A stretch of 64,000 nt of DNA from Neoechinorhynchus agilis (taxonomy: Eukaryota; Animalia; Acanthocephala): NCBI GenBank assembly GCA_051530055.1, contig CM121342.1, positions 62,001 to 126,000 of the forward strand, written 5' to 3'. The translations under genes and the position numbers were made by a program. Shown here one piece after another: positions 37,150-50,100 of this stretch. Numbering within the stretch: position 1 is the first letter of the stretch; every line of letters begins with the position of its first letter. The notes under the pieces were generated by a model. It did not search any database. It was not told where the DNA came from and saw only the letters and a program-made list of their open reading frames with translations.

Positions 37150-38030
37150 ACAGTCAGAGTTACATCCGAACTTATCTCGTTGAAAAAAGCGTAATCAGTT
37201 TTAAAAATTAAAACACGTGCTCATGCAACATCTTATTTTGAGCCAATAACATACCAAAAAACAGGAATGGACTGCGGTATCTAATTTGTGCTTTAGTTTA
37301 TTCGTTTTTTATATCGATAACATGACGTCATCAGTTTTACAATTGGAACACGTGCTCATGCAATATCTTCTGATTTTGAGCCAATAAACTTCCGCAAAAT
37401 AGAACACGACTGCGGTGTTTTAATTCTTTTTTAGTATTTCGCTTTTTACATCGAAAATATTACGTCATTAGCCTAAAAATTAGAACACGTGCCCATGCAA
37501 AATCTTCTAATTTTATGCAAATAACATAAAGGAAAACAGAATTCGATTGCTGTATTTTGTTGCTGCTTTTTTGTTGTTTGTATTGAAAACACGTTGAATC
37601 AAAAACTGTTCACCATTAAGACAGCATTAGTTACGTCCGCCGCTTACTCGTATAAAAAACGTAAAAAGTGTAAAAATTAATACACGTGCTCAGGCAATAT
37701 CTTGTCATGTCCAGAAAACAACATACAGGAAAACAGAAATCGACTGCAGCTTTTATTGTGCTTTAGTCTATTCGTTTTTTATATCGAAAACATGACGTCA
37801 TCGGCTTTAAAATTAGAACACGTGCTCATGCAATATCTTCTGATTCGAGCAAATAACATACAGGAAAATAATCCACTGCAGTGTTTTATTTGTGCTTTAG
37901 TTTTTTAGCTTTTTACATCATAAATATGACGTCATTAGCCTAAAAAAATTAGATTATGTGCGTATGATACATGATATATCCTCTGATTATGATCAAATAA
38001 CATACAGGAAAACAGAAATCGGCTACAGTG
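37150..38030. repeat. ~135-bp satellite array, right part
   Basis: ACACGTGCTCATGC at ~37214, 37348, 37485, 37682 and 37818. Confidence 0.85.
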
Positions 38031-38034
38031 TTTT

Positions 38035-38500
38035 ATTGCTGTGTGGACATAAAATCATCAAAGAAAAGCTTAAGAGGATCTTTATGAAGCCGATTGGAAA
38101 GTGCAATAAAATAAACTGTGTTTTGGATAGGCTTAGGGATAAGCTGATTTTAGGTAAAGATGGAATCAGATATTCAACACATTGTTTGATTAGGAGTTTC
38201 ACCTTAGCTTCCCTTTGGATTTTAATTACAAAAGTTATGTGGAATTATTGTTTAGGTCTACACTCGATAAATGATTATTTATTAGAGACGTTTCGAACCT
38301 CGTCGGCTTCATCTTCCGTTTGTTTGTTAACATGTCAGTGATGCATTAATTTTAAAATTTTGTGTTAGGTATTGGGAAGGCAGTAGATATAAAATAGGCG
38401 AAAGCGGCGAACACTGCGGTACTCCAGTAAGAGGATATTATAACGTTTTTGAGGTGGCATGGTCGCAATAGAAAGATTTCGTGAATTAACCCGGATGGGT
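38035..38500 (-). mobile_element. APE-type LINE RT fragment, relative of 26995-27600
   Basis: YPLTGVPQCSPLSPILY; DNA similarity to 27330-27600. Confidence 0.55.
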
Positions 38501-39199
38501 ATGCTTGAGTTACTAAAACTGCAATAAAAATAGGTTAGTACTAAGTAACGAAGGTTATTGGAATAATTAACAGATCTCCTGCCGTTTTTTACCAGAAAAA
38601 GTCCGTGTCGATATATTGCATCCCTCTAAGCAAAGGGATAGCAATTGAGCACGAGTTTTGCAAAAAGTAAATAGAATCCTGCGCCAGAAGATTAAAAAAT
38701 TTGGTGCCAGTGATGCTATTTGAAGAGGATAATTTTTGATTCATCGGCCATGCTTTTAGGATGTCATTAAGAATCCGATCAGAACGGATTGCTATTAGCC
38801 TGCGAAAAACTATGGATGGCCTATTGCATTTAGCACAACTTAGTAAGTGAAATTCAAATACTGTACCAAGAATATTATCTAACGTGACGGATTTTTGACG
38901 GTTTGAAAGTTTCGGCTTCTAGTTGGTGAAATTTGTCTTAGATAAAACGTTTCACAACCTAGGGGAAAAGTTTTTCACGGTTTCTAAAAAAGCACTTTCA
39001 TGTCTTTGTTGCTACCTGCATCTAGCAGTCCAGTGGCGTTTCTAAGGAACTTTATTGAGGAGAACGTCGTTACCCTGTTTAGCTAAGTATAGTTATCACC
39101 TCAGAATACAAAAGGATCTGCTTTCACATGATCTAAAGAAGGCCTGTTCTGGTTTATAGAGATAGATGCTAGCAGTCAACATACCTAAGATTAACCTGA

Positions 39200-40100
39200 T
39201 AAAATTGATGAGATAAAAGGTTATTGATTACAAAACGAAAGAGAGCGCGTTCCGTGTGAGCTTATAAGCAATGAGTCATTGGGTAGGCAGGACCATAGTG
39301 CAACGTCGTGTCTAGCAAAGTCAAACAAAAATACTTGACTTTTGACTCGAAGTAAGAATATAATACTCCTCCTATGCACGAAGAGATCTATGAATGAATG
39401 AGTGTTGTTTGTGACCAAATAAAAAGAGGGAGTCAGTAGCATCGTAAAGTCGAGAAATCTTACTGCGTAAACTATTGGTTTAATCGATTTAAGTGAGGGA
39501 TCATTAAAATCTCCAATTATAAAATCGATGTAAGATTTGAGAAGCCACTTAAGCCTATTTTCAGTGGAGGGACGATGCGTAAAATCGGGTCTTATGTATA
39601 AGTTCACAATGGTAAATTGCTACTAATTGAATAAAAAAATAAAGAGGGAGTAGGGCAATTCATTCGAAACGAATGAAGAGATAACATTTGCATTGAGTGG
39701 TAACTCAAAAATTGAAATGAGATCTGCCTGCCTTCTTGGCTCATACTCGGCTAAAGTCCGTTGGTGAGGAATTGAGCTCTTTGTTATGTTGTGGAGACTG
39801 AAGATCTAATTGGGGAGCCTGGAATTTAGGAAGTCACGAGAAAGGGAGATCCATTTCTGGATTGTTAAGTAGAACTTCATTGTTCCACCCTAATAGGTTA
39901 GATGATTGATACTTTTTACGCCATGGTTTCTGAATGAACCAATCAACGGGGTAACCATTGAACCATACATTGATTGTTTAGGCTTGACTGAATTGAACTG
40001 GATAGTTAATAAGTGTTGCAATCTATTAGTAGGATGGGCAAAATAGGCCTTCCGATTTACGCTTGAAGATGTCGACTAGGTAGGAGGTCCTTTGAGTTCG
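39200..40100 (-). mobile_element. Degenerate LINE APE region
   Basis: FIIGDFN and THSFIDLF motifs in ORF 39221..39607. Confidence 0.45.
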
Positions 40101-40254
40101 ACATCTTTTTAAAGGAGCTGAGTTTCTATACCGAATAAAGGAGAGCGAGCAATTACATTCTATGCTCCAAGATTAAGTGAACCTTTACAAGATAAAGTTG
40201 CCCTTTGTCATCATCCGCTGCAAAGTTAGCTTGCAAATGTTTCGAAACTAAGTC

Positions 40255-40775
40255 ATTTTTCACCAATCGACCCATCTGATTGAAAAAAACATATTTTATA
40301 TGCTGATAGCTTTAAAAAGCGATTATAAATTTTCATTGGAAGAAACTTAAAAACTGCGCTTTAATTCAATAATTAACACTTTTTATTGGAATACTTTAAA
40401 AAACGAAAGATTACAATTGCAAATTTTCACAAATTATTTCGATAAAAAAGCAATGATAAAAATTTAAACGTGCGCCAAATAATTTCACGGACTATTTCTT
40501 CCGTCTTTTGTACATTGCAAATCGCCGTCTGTTTCCTATCGCTGTTTGTACGTTCCGTGCATCGTTCTGCTTTGTTCGCTGATGAATTGAGCGATTTTGG
40601 AGCTGAAGGTTACTTTTAAACTTTGTACCGCGAACCTATGAAGGCATCTTAGAGCCTCAATGAACGTGAGTAATTCTTTGAAAATTATTGGAAACGTATT
40701 TTGCTTTATCAATGGAGCATTCCGATCGACGGATAATATCTCTCTAAATCTCAAGAAAACTTCTGTATCTTGGAT
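40255..40775. repeat. Unclassified dispersed repeat, inverted homolog of 33030-33540
   Basis: Same shared blocks as listed for 33030-33540. Confidence 0.6.
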
Positions 40776-40799
40776 GGCGATTATTGTTGCTTAGCTCAT

Positions 40800-43228
40800 C
40801 CGCCACGCTCTCATACGCCTCGATTACCGCAAGCACAGTCGACCGGATAAAATAGATACCCCTTCACACCTGCGTTTTGACTGTGCCGCATGATTCATAG
40901 ACAAGAACTGGCTCTGCACTTCCCTGGCACCTACGAAAGTAGGTAACGATACAGAAGGTAGGGGGTTGCAGCACTCTCCCATGCCTTCAGTTTTATCCAT
41001 CGTTCGATCGAACTCGTACTTTTGAACCGATTCGCGTCCTCTTATGTCATTGACGAGTTCGGGGTGTGTTCAAGCGACGGTTGTCATGGCCTTCTTCCTG
41101 TTGCTCATGACTTCGTGCTCGATTCCCCTTATCCCCATTCCGCCTTGATTGCGAGGGAGATTAAGCGCGCCATTATTGATGTAAGCCGGTAAAAATATAA
41201 TCTTTTTAATGGCCTTCTGCCAATATCGGTCAATTGGGTTGAGGTCTGTTATCGACATGTCATGGGCACTTTGTAGCTTCGGGATTACATGAAGGGAATT
41301 CCGTAGTCATTCAATAGGTCGATCGCTTGCGTTGAGCGTGTTTTGTGCAAAACGTGAGGTCTTCAATCATACGGCATACGGGGGATTATTGCGATAGCAG
41401 TTGAGGACGTAGTGATACACTGCGGCTCTGCCATTGGTTGCGTTTTCTTTAATACATCTTTTTCCTGACATTGGTTCACATGGCTGCATGCAGATACGAC
41501 ATCGTTATATTTTTTATGACACGAGCCGCATTTAATCGCGACGATCGATCATTGGTGGTTCGTCTTTAAGCAGTCGACAATTGCACTGCAGGCGACGCGT
41601 TAGTGCATTGGTTAACGTTCATCGTGAACCAACCGCTAGACCTAACGTACTAACTTGAAATCCGTCGACTTTGTATTCAGCTGCTACAATGGGAATTAAG
41701 GCCTTATACTTATCTTCTTTTGCCTTCATGACTTCCTCTGTACGATCAATTCCTGACTCATAGTAAACCGCAATATAGGTAAACCACAATGTCCGCAATA
41801 AATATTTATTTGCTTCTCGTATTTTCGATTATTTAGTCTGGTTTGAATAAGTTTCTTGCTTTATCATAATATCGGTAATTTTGGCGACTAATCATGCTTC
41901 CTTCGTGTTTTCTGCTAGGCTGCCATACTAGTCTTCGTTGAACTGTATCGTGGAATTTAGTCATTGAGTTGGATGAGTACTCGCACACTTTTAACACGTG
42001 AGCGCAAGTTTCGAGCGGAGCCGTGCAATGGTGGCATTGGTTCGTTCGATTCTTGTCAAAACGATTTAGCACCGATCCGACTTCAAGCAGCTGAAATCTG
42101 AGTTTTACTTGTTCTACATGGCCAGTGTGCCTGCCTTGTCGTTTGCGAATGGATAAAAGGCGCCGGTCTACGTTTCCGCTTGAAACCGTCGATTCCCAAG
42201 ATTTGTGTACCTACAGCTTTCTACTTTTCAATTAGAAATTTGTTCAACGCGTTCTTCCGGTTCTCGCTGGTATTTCCAGGATTGTCCCGAATGATCTTCA
42301 AGTATTCATTAACCTGGCCAATTTCCTTTGCAACGTCAACGCATGGCTGAAATTTGCTAAGTACACAACTCACTGATATATTTCGTGGTAAAATGAACGG
42401 AAACTAAGAGCGCCCAATGAAAGCGGTAGAAGAAAAGCCTTCATCTGAGGCATTATTCGGTATCTGAAGTCTCTTTGGTTTGGTTCTCCACTTGACATCG
42501 ATGCGGACAAGATAAGAGAGTGGTATGTTTCAGGCCGCTGCCAGTTTCGCCAAGAATATGGGCGCGGCGTAGTCATTTATAAGATGTGCGGTTTTGGAGC
42601 GGTGGAGTCGCGCGCTTTTCATTTCCTTGAAAAAACCTGCCTACTTCGCCCATTGCTTCAGTCAACGATGTGCCTCGCCACGGTTTTGTTGTCAACGTAT
42701 CTGTAGGCATAATAGTAGCACTTTTCGCTTGATAGCGCTAATCCTTTTCCATTAAGACCATCAGTCATTGCATTGATTATAATTTGTAAGTTTTTATCAT
42801 TGTCGGCCATGAAAGGCACGTCATCTGCATAGACTAAGTGCGAAAATGAGAAATCGTTCTTCAAGTGGCACCCAAGATTGATTTCTTTTATGGCAACAAG
42901 TGTATCGTCAAGGCACATGGCAAAAAGGAAAGGGGAGAGGTGACCCCCTTGTCGAACTCTTTTGAACTTTATCGGGTTAGACAACGGTTGGTTGTTCATC
43001 CTTAACCTCGTGTGAATTGACCGGTACAGCGCCATAATGTAATTGCGAATGTACTTCAGGCAGTTTTTATTTCGAAGGGCTGCATCTAAAGCACTATGGG
43101 AAATGGAGTCGAACGCCGACGTTATATCCAATACTGCAATTGAATACTGGCATTCTATTTGTTCGACGCTGTCTCAAGACTGCTCTCAAGGTCAACAGGT
43201 TGCTGTAGCAGGCAGACGAGTCAAACGC
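40800..43228 (-). mobile_element. Mosaic of degenerate R2-like fragments (RT, thumb, CCHC, RLE)
   Basis: LDITSAFDSISH, VRQGGHLSP, YADD (42658..43131); CHHC..ETCAHVL..C and KPD (41833..42072); LPRNQGGMGI (41070..41258). Confidence 0.8.
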
Positions 43229-43265
43229 CATGCACGTCACTAATTAGATGACGAGGCATTTAGCT
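43229..43265 (-). rRNA. 28S rDNA fragment, +2 to +38 from the R2 site
   Basis: AGCTAAATGCCTCGTCATCTAATTAGTGACGTGCATG. Confidence 0.9.
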
Positions 43266-44225
43266 GTTTTATTTATTTAAACACGGCCATACAACTAGTA
43301 AGATAACAATTAGGGTTTTTCGTTAGTCTAGCAGTTATCGTTGGTCTTTCGTCTGCTCTATTGGACTTCAGGTATTAGGTCGATCTCAGACTACCTCGGA
43401 GGACCAAAAGACCAGATTAATCTTTTATCCTGTTAATATTACTTTCTTGCCATTAACCTTTTCCTATCTTTATCCATTAAGAAATTGCTTATTGTAAAAA
43501 AGTGTGTGCATCATTGAATTCCAATCGAATTGTGTGGGAGCATTGGTCGCTGAAGTTAGGGTTAGAAGGAGATGGAAAGTAGAATACTTGTTCATTAGAT
43601 ATAAAGAACTTACCTTTATTATAAAATGAAGAGAAGAATAAGACTTTTCCCAAAAATAAGCGTGAGAGGAAAGATAAAAGAGGCTCATGAATAAGATTAT
43701 AATTTGATAAAAGTTTATGAAGCTTATAAAAACATCTAAAAAAGAAGGCAAACCTAAGTTCAGGAGGGCGACCTCTCCCTAAAAAACAGATAGAGCATCC
43801 TATGAGAGTTTTTAGAACTGGTAATATAATGTTAACATTCAAATCAAGATATTTGGCTCTATTAAGAACATATTTGATTTTTAGAAAGGTATTATTAATC
43901 GAAGAATTAATTAAAAATCTAAATGTCTTGGAAGGGAAGTCGATTCCTAGAACCCTGGTAAATTTCTTAATGTTGGAGGAGTTAAAATTGTGGTATTTAA
44001 TTAAATTATTGATTAAAACTTTCCTAGAAGAGAGCGAGTTAGTGAGGGGGATAAAAAAGGTTTTATTGGCATTGATGGTTAGATTAGCCACTTTCAACTC
44101 TGAGCTAAGGGTACTCAGAGCTGCTTGAATGTTGCATAGCCATATCTTCCAATATACTAACCTTTCAGAGAAGATATCGGCTGCTTACTTGGCTGTTTTT
44201 TTATAATAGCGCACGGTTTTTTTTC
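43266..44225 (-). mobile_element. APE-type LINE (RGRPPE family), 5'-truncated, intact 3' end, 10-bp TSD in 28S sequence
   Basis: ORF 43489..44097 (VLGIDFP, GRGRPPE); 3' end GTTGTATGGCCGTGTTTAAATAAATAAAAC resembles the 53.3-kb copy; flanked by GCATTTAGCT at 43256-43265 and 44226-44235. Confidence 0.9.
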
Positions 44226-44236
44226 GCATTTAGCTA
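44226..44236 (-). rRNA. 28S +1 to +11 (TAGCTAAATGC), one copy of the TSD
   Basis: Directly follows an RLE-element 3' UTR and carries the same C-to-T variant as 43229-43265. Confidence 0.7.
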
Positions 44237-45820
44237 AAGTCGAATTTATGGGAAGATAAGCAATATGTGTTTTTACATTTTTTCCTCGTGTTAGCTTTGC
44301 TTGTTTGTTTTCGTTTGTTTGTGTTTATACTTTTGTTGTTTTTCAATTGAAAATTGCTGTTGAGGATCGCAGCGAAAAATTGTGGTCCATAAAGTTATTG
44401 TAGACTTGAATGGACTTCGCTGCCGTTTAAGCCATGTTTAACGCGGTCTTGTCTGATAACTTGAACACGCGTAACCTTTTCAATAGTGCCGCCGCGTATG
44501 TTCCTCTTGTTCCGACTGCCAATCCAATAGTTTTTACGTCATGTTTTTTGAAATCATGTTGGATAGCTATGTTCTCAGCGATAACTTTGTACTTATTTTC
44601 TTTTTCGGCCACAATATTCTCTACTCGGTCGTTTGTCGTTTCATGGTAGACCGCAAAATCTATTATGTTGGCGGTTTTTCTGCTGTCGGTCTATGAGAAT
44701 ACGGTTCGGTTTGTAGAGGTGACCTTGGTTATCGTGGATACGGTTCTCGGTATGAATCTCCCACCGAGAGCCCCTTAACTGAGAATTTCAAAGAATAATC
44801 CGATTAGGCAATGAATTCTATATGTTCGTCTCTACATTCAACTAAAACCGGAGCAACAGGTCTCGCGGCATCATCGCTTAATGCGGCTGTATTGCTGGCA
44901 TCCTCTGCCAGTACATCATCGGCTTCCTCGGCTGTCCTGATAGCGGCTTCGGGTTCATCTTCGGGTATTGCCTCTAGGACTAGGGAATAAGATGGCGCAT
45001 TTATCGAATTTCCATCATGGACAGGAATAGGTATATTTCTAGATCCGATCTGACTAAGTTCGAATTTAATAAAACCATAATCATTACAATTCGCATGATC
45101 CCTCCGGGCAACATTGTTTAGTTCAGTCCGTCCTGCATTGCATTGCGCAAAACTATGATCTTCAGATTTCGCTTGAGTTTGTAACACAGGGTGTGAAATG
45201 CTATAAGATTCCACTGCGGCATCCTGATTGATGTCTTCGGCCCTTTCCCGTTGTGAACAATAATTAGAGTTGATATCATACACATCATTCAATACGGCCG
45301 AAGTGTATGACGCGTTGTCACGATGGACGACCGTCTCGCACGGTTCATCGAGGAGTCCATGATGGCAATCTCGGTTTTTTCTGTGAACTTGCAAATTATT
45401 AGCAACTACCAGTGTTGTTAGTTTGATCTCTGACATACTGGGCCAGATGAGCACGTGCGCTCACACATTTTGCATATTCGTTTATACTGCAGTATCCGCG
45501 GACAAGAAAAATTCAGAACCCCGTGACACCTCCGCAAATACGATTCCAACTCGTTGTATTGGCCAGTACTAGATATAATGGGGTTACACTTGCTGCACGT
45601 CGCTTAGACGGCTTCAAGTTATTGCTGGGAACTACTGGTTTTACAGCTTCCTTTAATGGGCGACGATACTTGTCTGGATCTTTTGCTCGACACCGCCTTA
45701 CATGCAGTCCAACACCTTTTGACTCGTTGTTTTTGTACCTGTTGCAGACAGGACAATTTCAGATACTCTCTCTAATTTAGTGTGTCTTGGTTAAATGGTC
45801 GATAAAGATTTTCACTTTCG
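44237..45820 (-). mobile_element. Internally deleted R2-like element E (ZF region joined to RLE), 3' end at the R2 site
   Basis: CPVC..ESKGVGLHVRRC near 45750; at ~44790 it jumps to RWEIHTENRIHD..LYKP..IIDFAVYHE..KENKY, GLAVGTRG. No RT between. Confidence 0.8.
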
Positions 45821-45825
45821 TCTTT

Positions 45826-46185
45826 CTAACCCACTATACTCAAATCGAGTTTGCGCAGCCGGCGCAATAGGTCTTTAGAAAAGCTTCCTCTTGGCCCAAC
45901 CACAGTTCCCAGAGTTTCAACATCATGGTGGGCAATATTGAATTCATCGGCCACTAAATTGCATATCGGAAGATATTTGGTTTCTTTTTGTCGCATTATA
46001 TCTTCCGCGCGTTTGTTGTGTGTTTCGTAATACACCGCTATGTCGAGCGTTGTGGCCCTTCGCTTTTGCGGTTTACTGGTATAATGCCCGGCTTGAACAG
46101 CCCTTCCCTGGGTCGTAATATCTGTTTTCCAGGTGCAATTCCATATCTGAGTAGGGCGTCGACAGCTCCAACCGATGAAACTCAA
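45826..46185 (-). mobile_element. R2-like RLE C-terminal fragment
   Basis: LDIAVYYE..KETKY..LGTVVGPRG. Confidence 0.75.
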
Positions 46186-46199
46186 TCAATACCTAAAAG

Positions 46200-47150
46200 T
46201 AATGCGTTCCAAGTTACACGAGCCCAAGAAGAGAAATTAGTGGGTACAATTAATGAGAGACAAGTCAATGCTCCTCCTCCGTCAAAGAACGAAGAAGCGA
46301 CAGCTCAAGCAGATAAGTCTCGCGCTATACACGAAAACAATTTGCATCGAACAATTTGTATTTCTCACCGATTTCAAGAGAAAAATCTGAATTTATTTGA
46401 TGTAGTCCAACAAGTACAACTCTAGATTCCAAGCCTTAAAATCCAAGTAAGTGGTAATGAACAGTTAAAAGCGAGGAGATACAAAATCCTTTTGCTGATA
46501 AACATAAGTGTACTCGAGATCGAAATTACAAACGTAACAAGAACACATCCTGAACACACTACAAAGAGGGTACGATTCGCGAAAAACGGGCAGGTTCGTG
46601 ATATTAATGATCCAAAGGTTGAGGAGGTCCCTATAATTCCTATGGAGAAGATTTCATCTACAGAAGAGGTGCGGGAACACCGGCCAGCTAATGCGATGCA
46701 ATTTCTTCAATAGAGCATGGAGGATAATAAGATGCATCTCTGCCTGAGGAGTTTTCTGCAATGCTAGATGCAGGAACTATCAGCCATAAAGGGAGCATTT
46801 AACAAATCCTACCTCGACAGTATGAGTTGGAGATATCTCCACTACTTGAGGCGACCTACAGAGAAGCAACAAAACAAATGTAAAAGCCTCCTTGAATTCG
46901 GACTTCGACCAGTAAACATAGCTAGAGGTCCTGATCAGCTTTTTCGTGTAATGAGCACCATGCTCCATGGAAATACAACGCCAAGCCTTAAGGTTATCGA
47001 AAAAATAATTAATGTTATAAATACTCATCAAAGCGATATGCGGAAGCTCGCTCTAAGGACTGCCGATTACTAATAATAACTAATTTAATTCGTAAAGGTG
47101 ACGCCAGATATCGCACACGACGTCTAGAACCAGTTGCTCAACAGTTATAA
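46200..47150 (+). mobile_element. Fragment carrying an OTU-like domain, probably a diverged R2-like N-terminal linker
   Basis: FGLRPVNIARGPDQLFRVMSTMLHG aligns with the OTU Cys box GL....VPGDGNCLFRAV..QL.G. Confidence 0.6.
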
Positions 47151-47159
47151 CCGGAATAT

Positions 47160-50100
47160 TATTCAATTATGACGTTGCTGTTCCAATCCATCTCAAGGAT
47201 TTGCTGGCCCACTCCACAGAGGGAATCCACTCAAAAGGAAGTCTCGACAGAATTTGCAGAAAGACGCAGCGGAAGGTTAGGCGTTGTTCTGGGGGCCTTC
47301 CTCTGGAATAAAAGACCAGACCTGAAATAGCCCATGCGCACCATATCGTTTTACAATTCTTGGCGCTAAGTCCGATACGTGCGGCACGTCTGGCCTTAAC
47401 TCTTGCCGTTTTCAGAAGTTTTTTCATCTTTCGCATATCAGATGCTGTCGATAGGTTATTCGTGAGTGTATAACCCAAAATATCGAGTCTCTTGTATACA
47501 GGGTCGAAATCTAACCCAAAAAACTCCTTTATACACTCTCTGATATTCTTCTTGCCTATTCTAGATTTAGATTTTATTAAAAATTTCGTCTTTTTTTGGT
47601 TCAAAGAAAGACCCATTTGAGGTAGGTGCGATTTTAAAAATTCAGCACGGCAGCCAATTTCGCACGTGCTCGTATGTAATTAGATTCTTTAATGACCACA
47701 GAGAGGTCATCGGTATACATCGTTATGCCCCGACAAACGGTGCAATTTTGAATGAAAAATTGGGTTGCCAAGCAAAAGAGTATGGGTGATAACGGTGAGC
47801 CTTGTGGAACACCCTTCGATTGATAAAACATAGTCCCTGCTGGATCGTCTACAAAAAAAATTGTTTGCATTTTAGTATGTTGTTTACCCTCGCAATAATA
47901 TTAAAAGGAAAACTAAAAAATCTTAAAATATTTACAATGAAGGTGATGTCGATATTATCAAAGGCTTTCGATATATCAAAAGAAATGAGAATGTTTGTCG
48001 ACATAGGATTTTTATAAAAATTATCTATAATATCATTGAGCGCAGTATGAACGGATTTCCCTGGTAGGAATCCATGACATCGCTCATCAGTTAGATGATG
48101 TATACAAGAAAATTCCAAAATAGATCTCGCCAAGACACGCTCGTAAATGGATACGAAAGAATTTTGAATGGGTATGGGCCTGACATCACTAGGTGAAGAA
48201 ACAGCCTTGCCTCTCCTTTTACAAAGAAAAATTCTTTTTGAAATGTTTATCTGAGGCCATTCCTCAGGTGAAGCTGCCAAAATGTGCTCTGCTAAACCTA
48301 TGATATTAGTTTGATTTAGCACATTCGTAGCTTTAAAACATGGGGACGAGCCATTGCTGGATGGAGGATTCCTGGAACCCCACCATTGGATAAAATCGTT
48401 CCTACATTGATCAAAACGACGCGGTTTAATTTTAATAAAATTATGGCAGACCGGAATCTTACTCGCTCCATTACAATGCTCAGCGCACAGAGCGCTCAAA
48501 ACATTTTCCCACCCCGAGGTTTTAATCCAATTAGCTGCGGCCCTCTTCCAAGGACGGAATCGTTTTGGTGCAGCAACCTGCCACCAAGGAGAAGAATATG
48601 GCACAAAAGATCTAATTCTCTTACTGTCGCAGTCTAATTGAAAACGAGTTCTACAAGGCCAATAGAAAGCGGACCAAAACCTAATAGAATCCTTATCATC
48701 GAATACCTTAGCCATAAAAAGTTTCTTGCCATACATGGAAAGTAATTTTGGTATTTGAATATTCGAGCCTATGCATCTCTTGACCATTGTCAAAATTGAA
48801 TCGCTAGCTGTGGCCACAAATTCATTCAGGTCGTTAAGCTGCATAAAGGCTCCAAATGTGGTGGCCAACTTTATTGCTGCATTAAAGATGTCTATATTGA
48901 GAGCACTCAATTTAAATTTACGGCACAAGAGAGTATTACTCGCCAAAACCCATACTAGGACATCATGTCCAGCAACTCGAAAAATTGATGATTGCGAAAC
49001 GAGTTTGGGTTTAACGGGAATGTTACTTCGTGCAAGGCACAAATCTAAAAAAGAATGGGACCTGCCGTCAGAAAAGGTAGGAGCAGTAGGAATAAGAAGT
49101 TCATGTGTGTCACCTGAACGTAAAATCGCCGAAACAGAAGTCAATTCGGGCTGCTAAAACATTTTTCATAATATCCTTATTCTGTGACAAGTGAATTTTT
49201 TTAGGTCTAATATAAAAATTCCCTAAAAGTAATTTCCTCCCCTGAAACGAATCGAAAATATAGCGTATGATAAATCTGGGGAGGTATACTCTGAAATTAG
49301 AGTTGGCTGGAGGTCCGTCCTAAAAATGGATAATAAACCTTGAGAATTGCTCAAAAAAGGCTTTGTGCAAAATAAAGAGTGTTCACTAGATAAGATATTA
49401 AAACTACTAGGAAGGTTGTTAAGGGAGTGGAGCGATTTAGTTTCTTGTACAAAAGTAATATCACATTTCTGTACTTCGGATAAAAGGCCAGGGATACCCA
49501 GAAGCCCGCCTGCGTTCCACTGCGCTATCCTCAATTCCATCGAGGCTTACCTTTGATGAGATTTTGGACTTTGTCCGCACAGACCTGAGCTTGTTCTTCG
49601 ATTATATTTCTCACGAGGTCCTCGTCTTCGTGCACCCTGACACAGGAGCTCGACTTCGTTTGCATGGTGATGGCGCAACACCGGTCGTTATTTGAAATTT
49701 ATTGAATTTGGTCGAGAGTGTCTCTATAAGACCATTTAACTGAGCCGCAAGTCTCCTCTCCAGCCCTTGGATGGCTGCGGTGATTCGCAGATCCACCATA
49801 TCCAAAATTTTGGATGAAAAGTCTGCGAATTTTTTCTCCAAGGTGACCTCATACGTCGGTCGAGGAATATCGACATATTTGGCAATTTGGTGGATCGGTT
49901 GTGTTTTTTCCGTCACATTGGTATTAGCATTCCGTCTTACGGGATTGTCGGATGACGACTCTAGCCTCCTCTGGGTCATTCGGGAGTCCAATGAGTTTTT
50001 ACTTTGAGATCCCTGTCGTCTCGCCCAACCAATATACTCTTTGAAGGCTGCACAGTTCTTTGAGAAGGCGCAATGTCCATCACGATTGCAGTTGGAGCAG

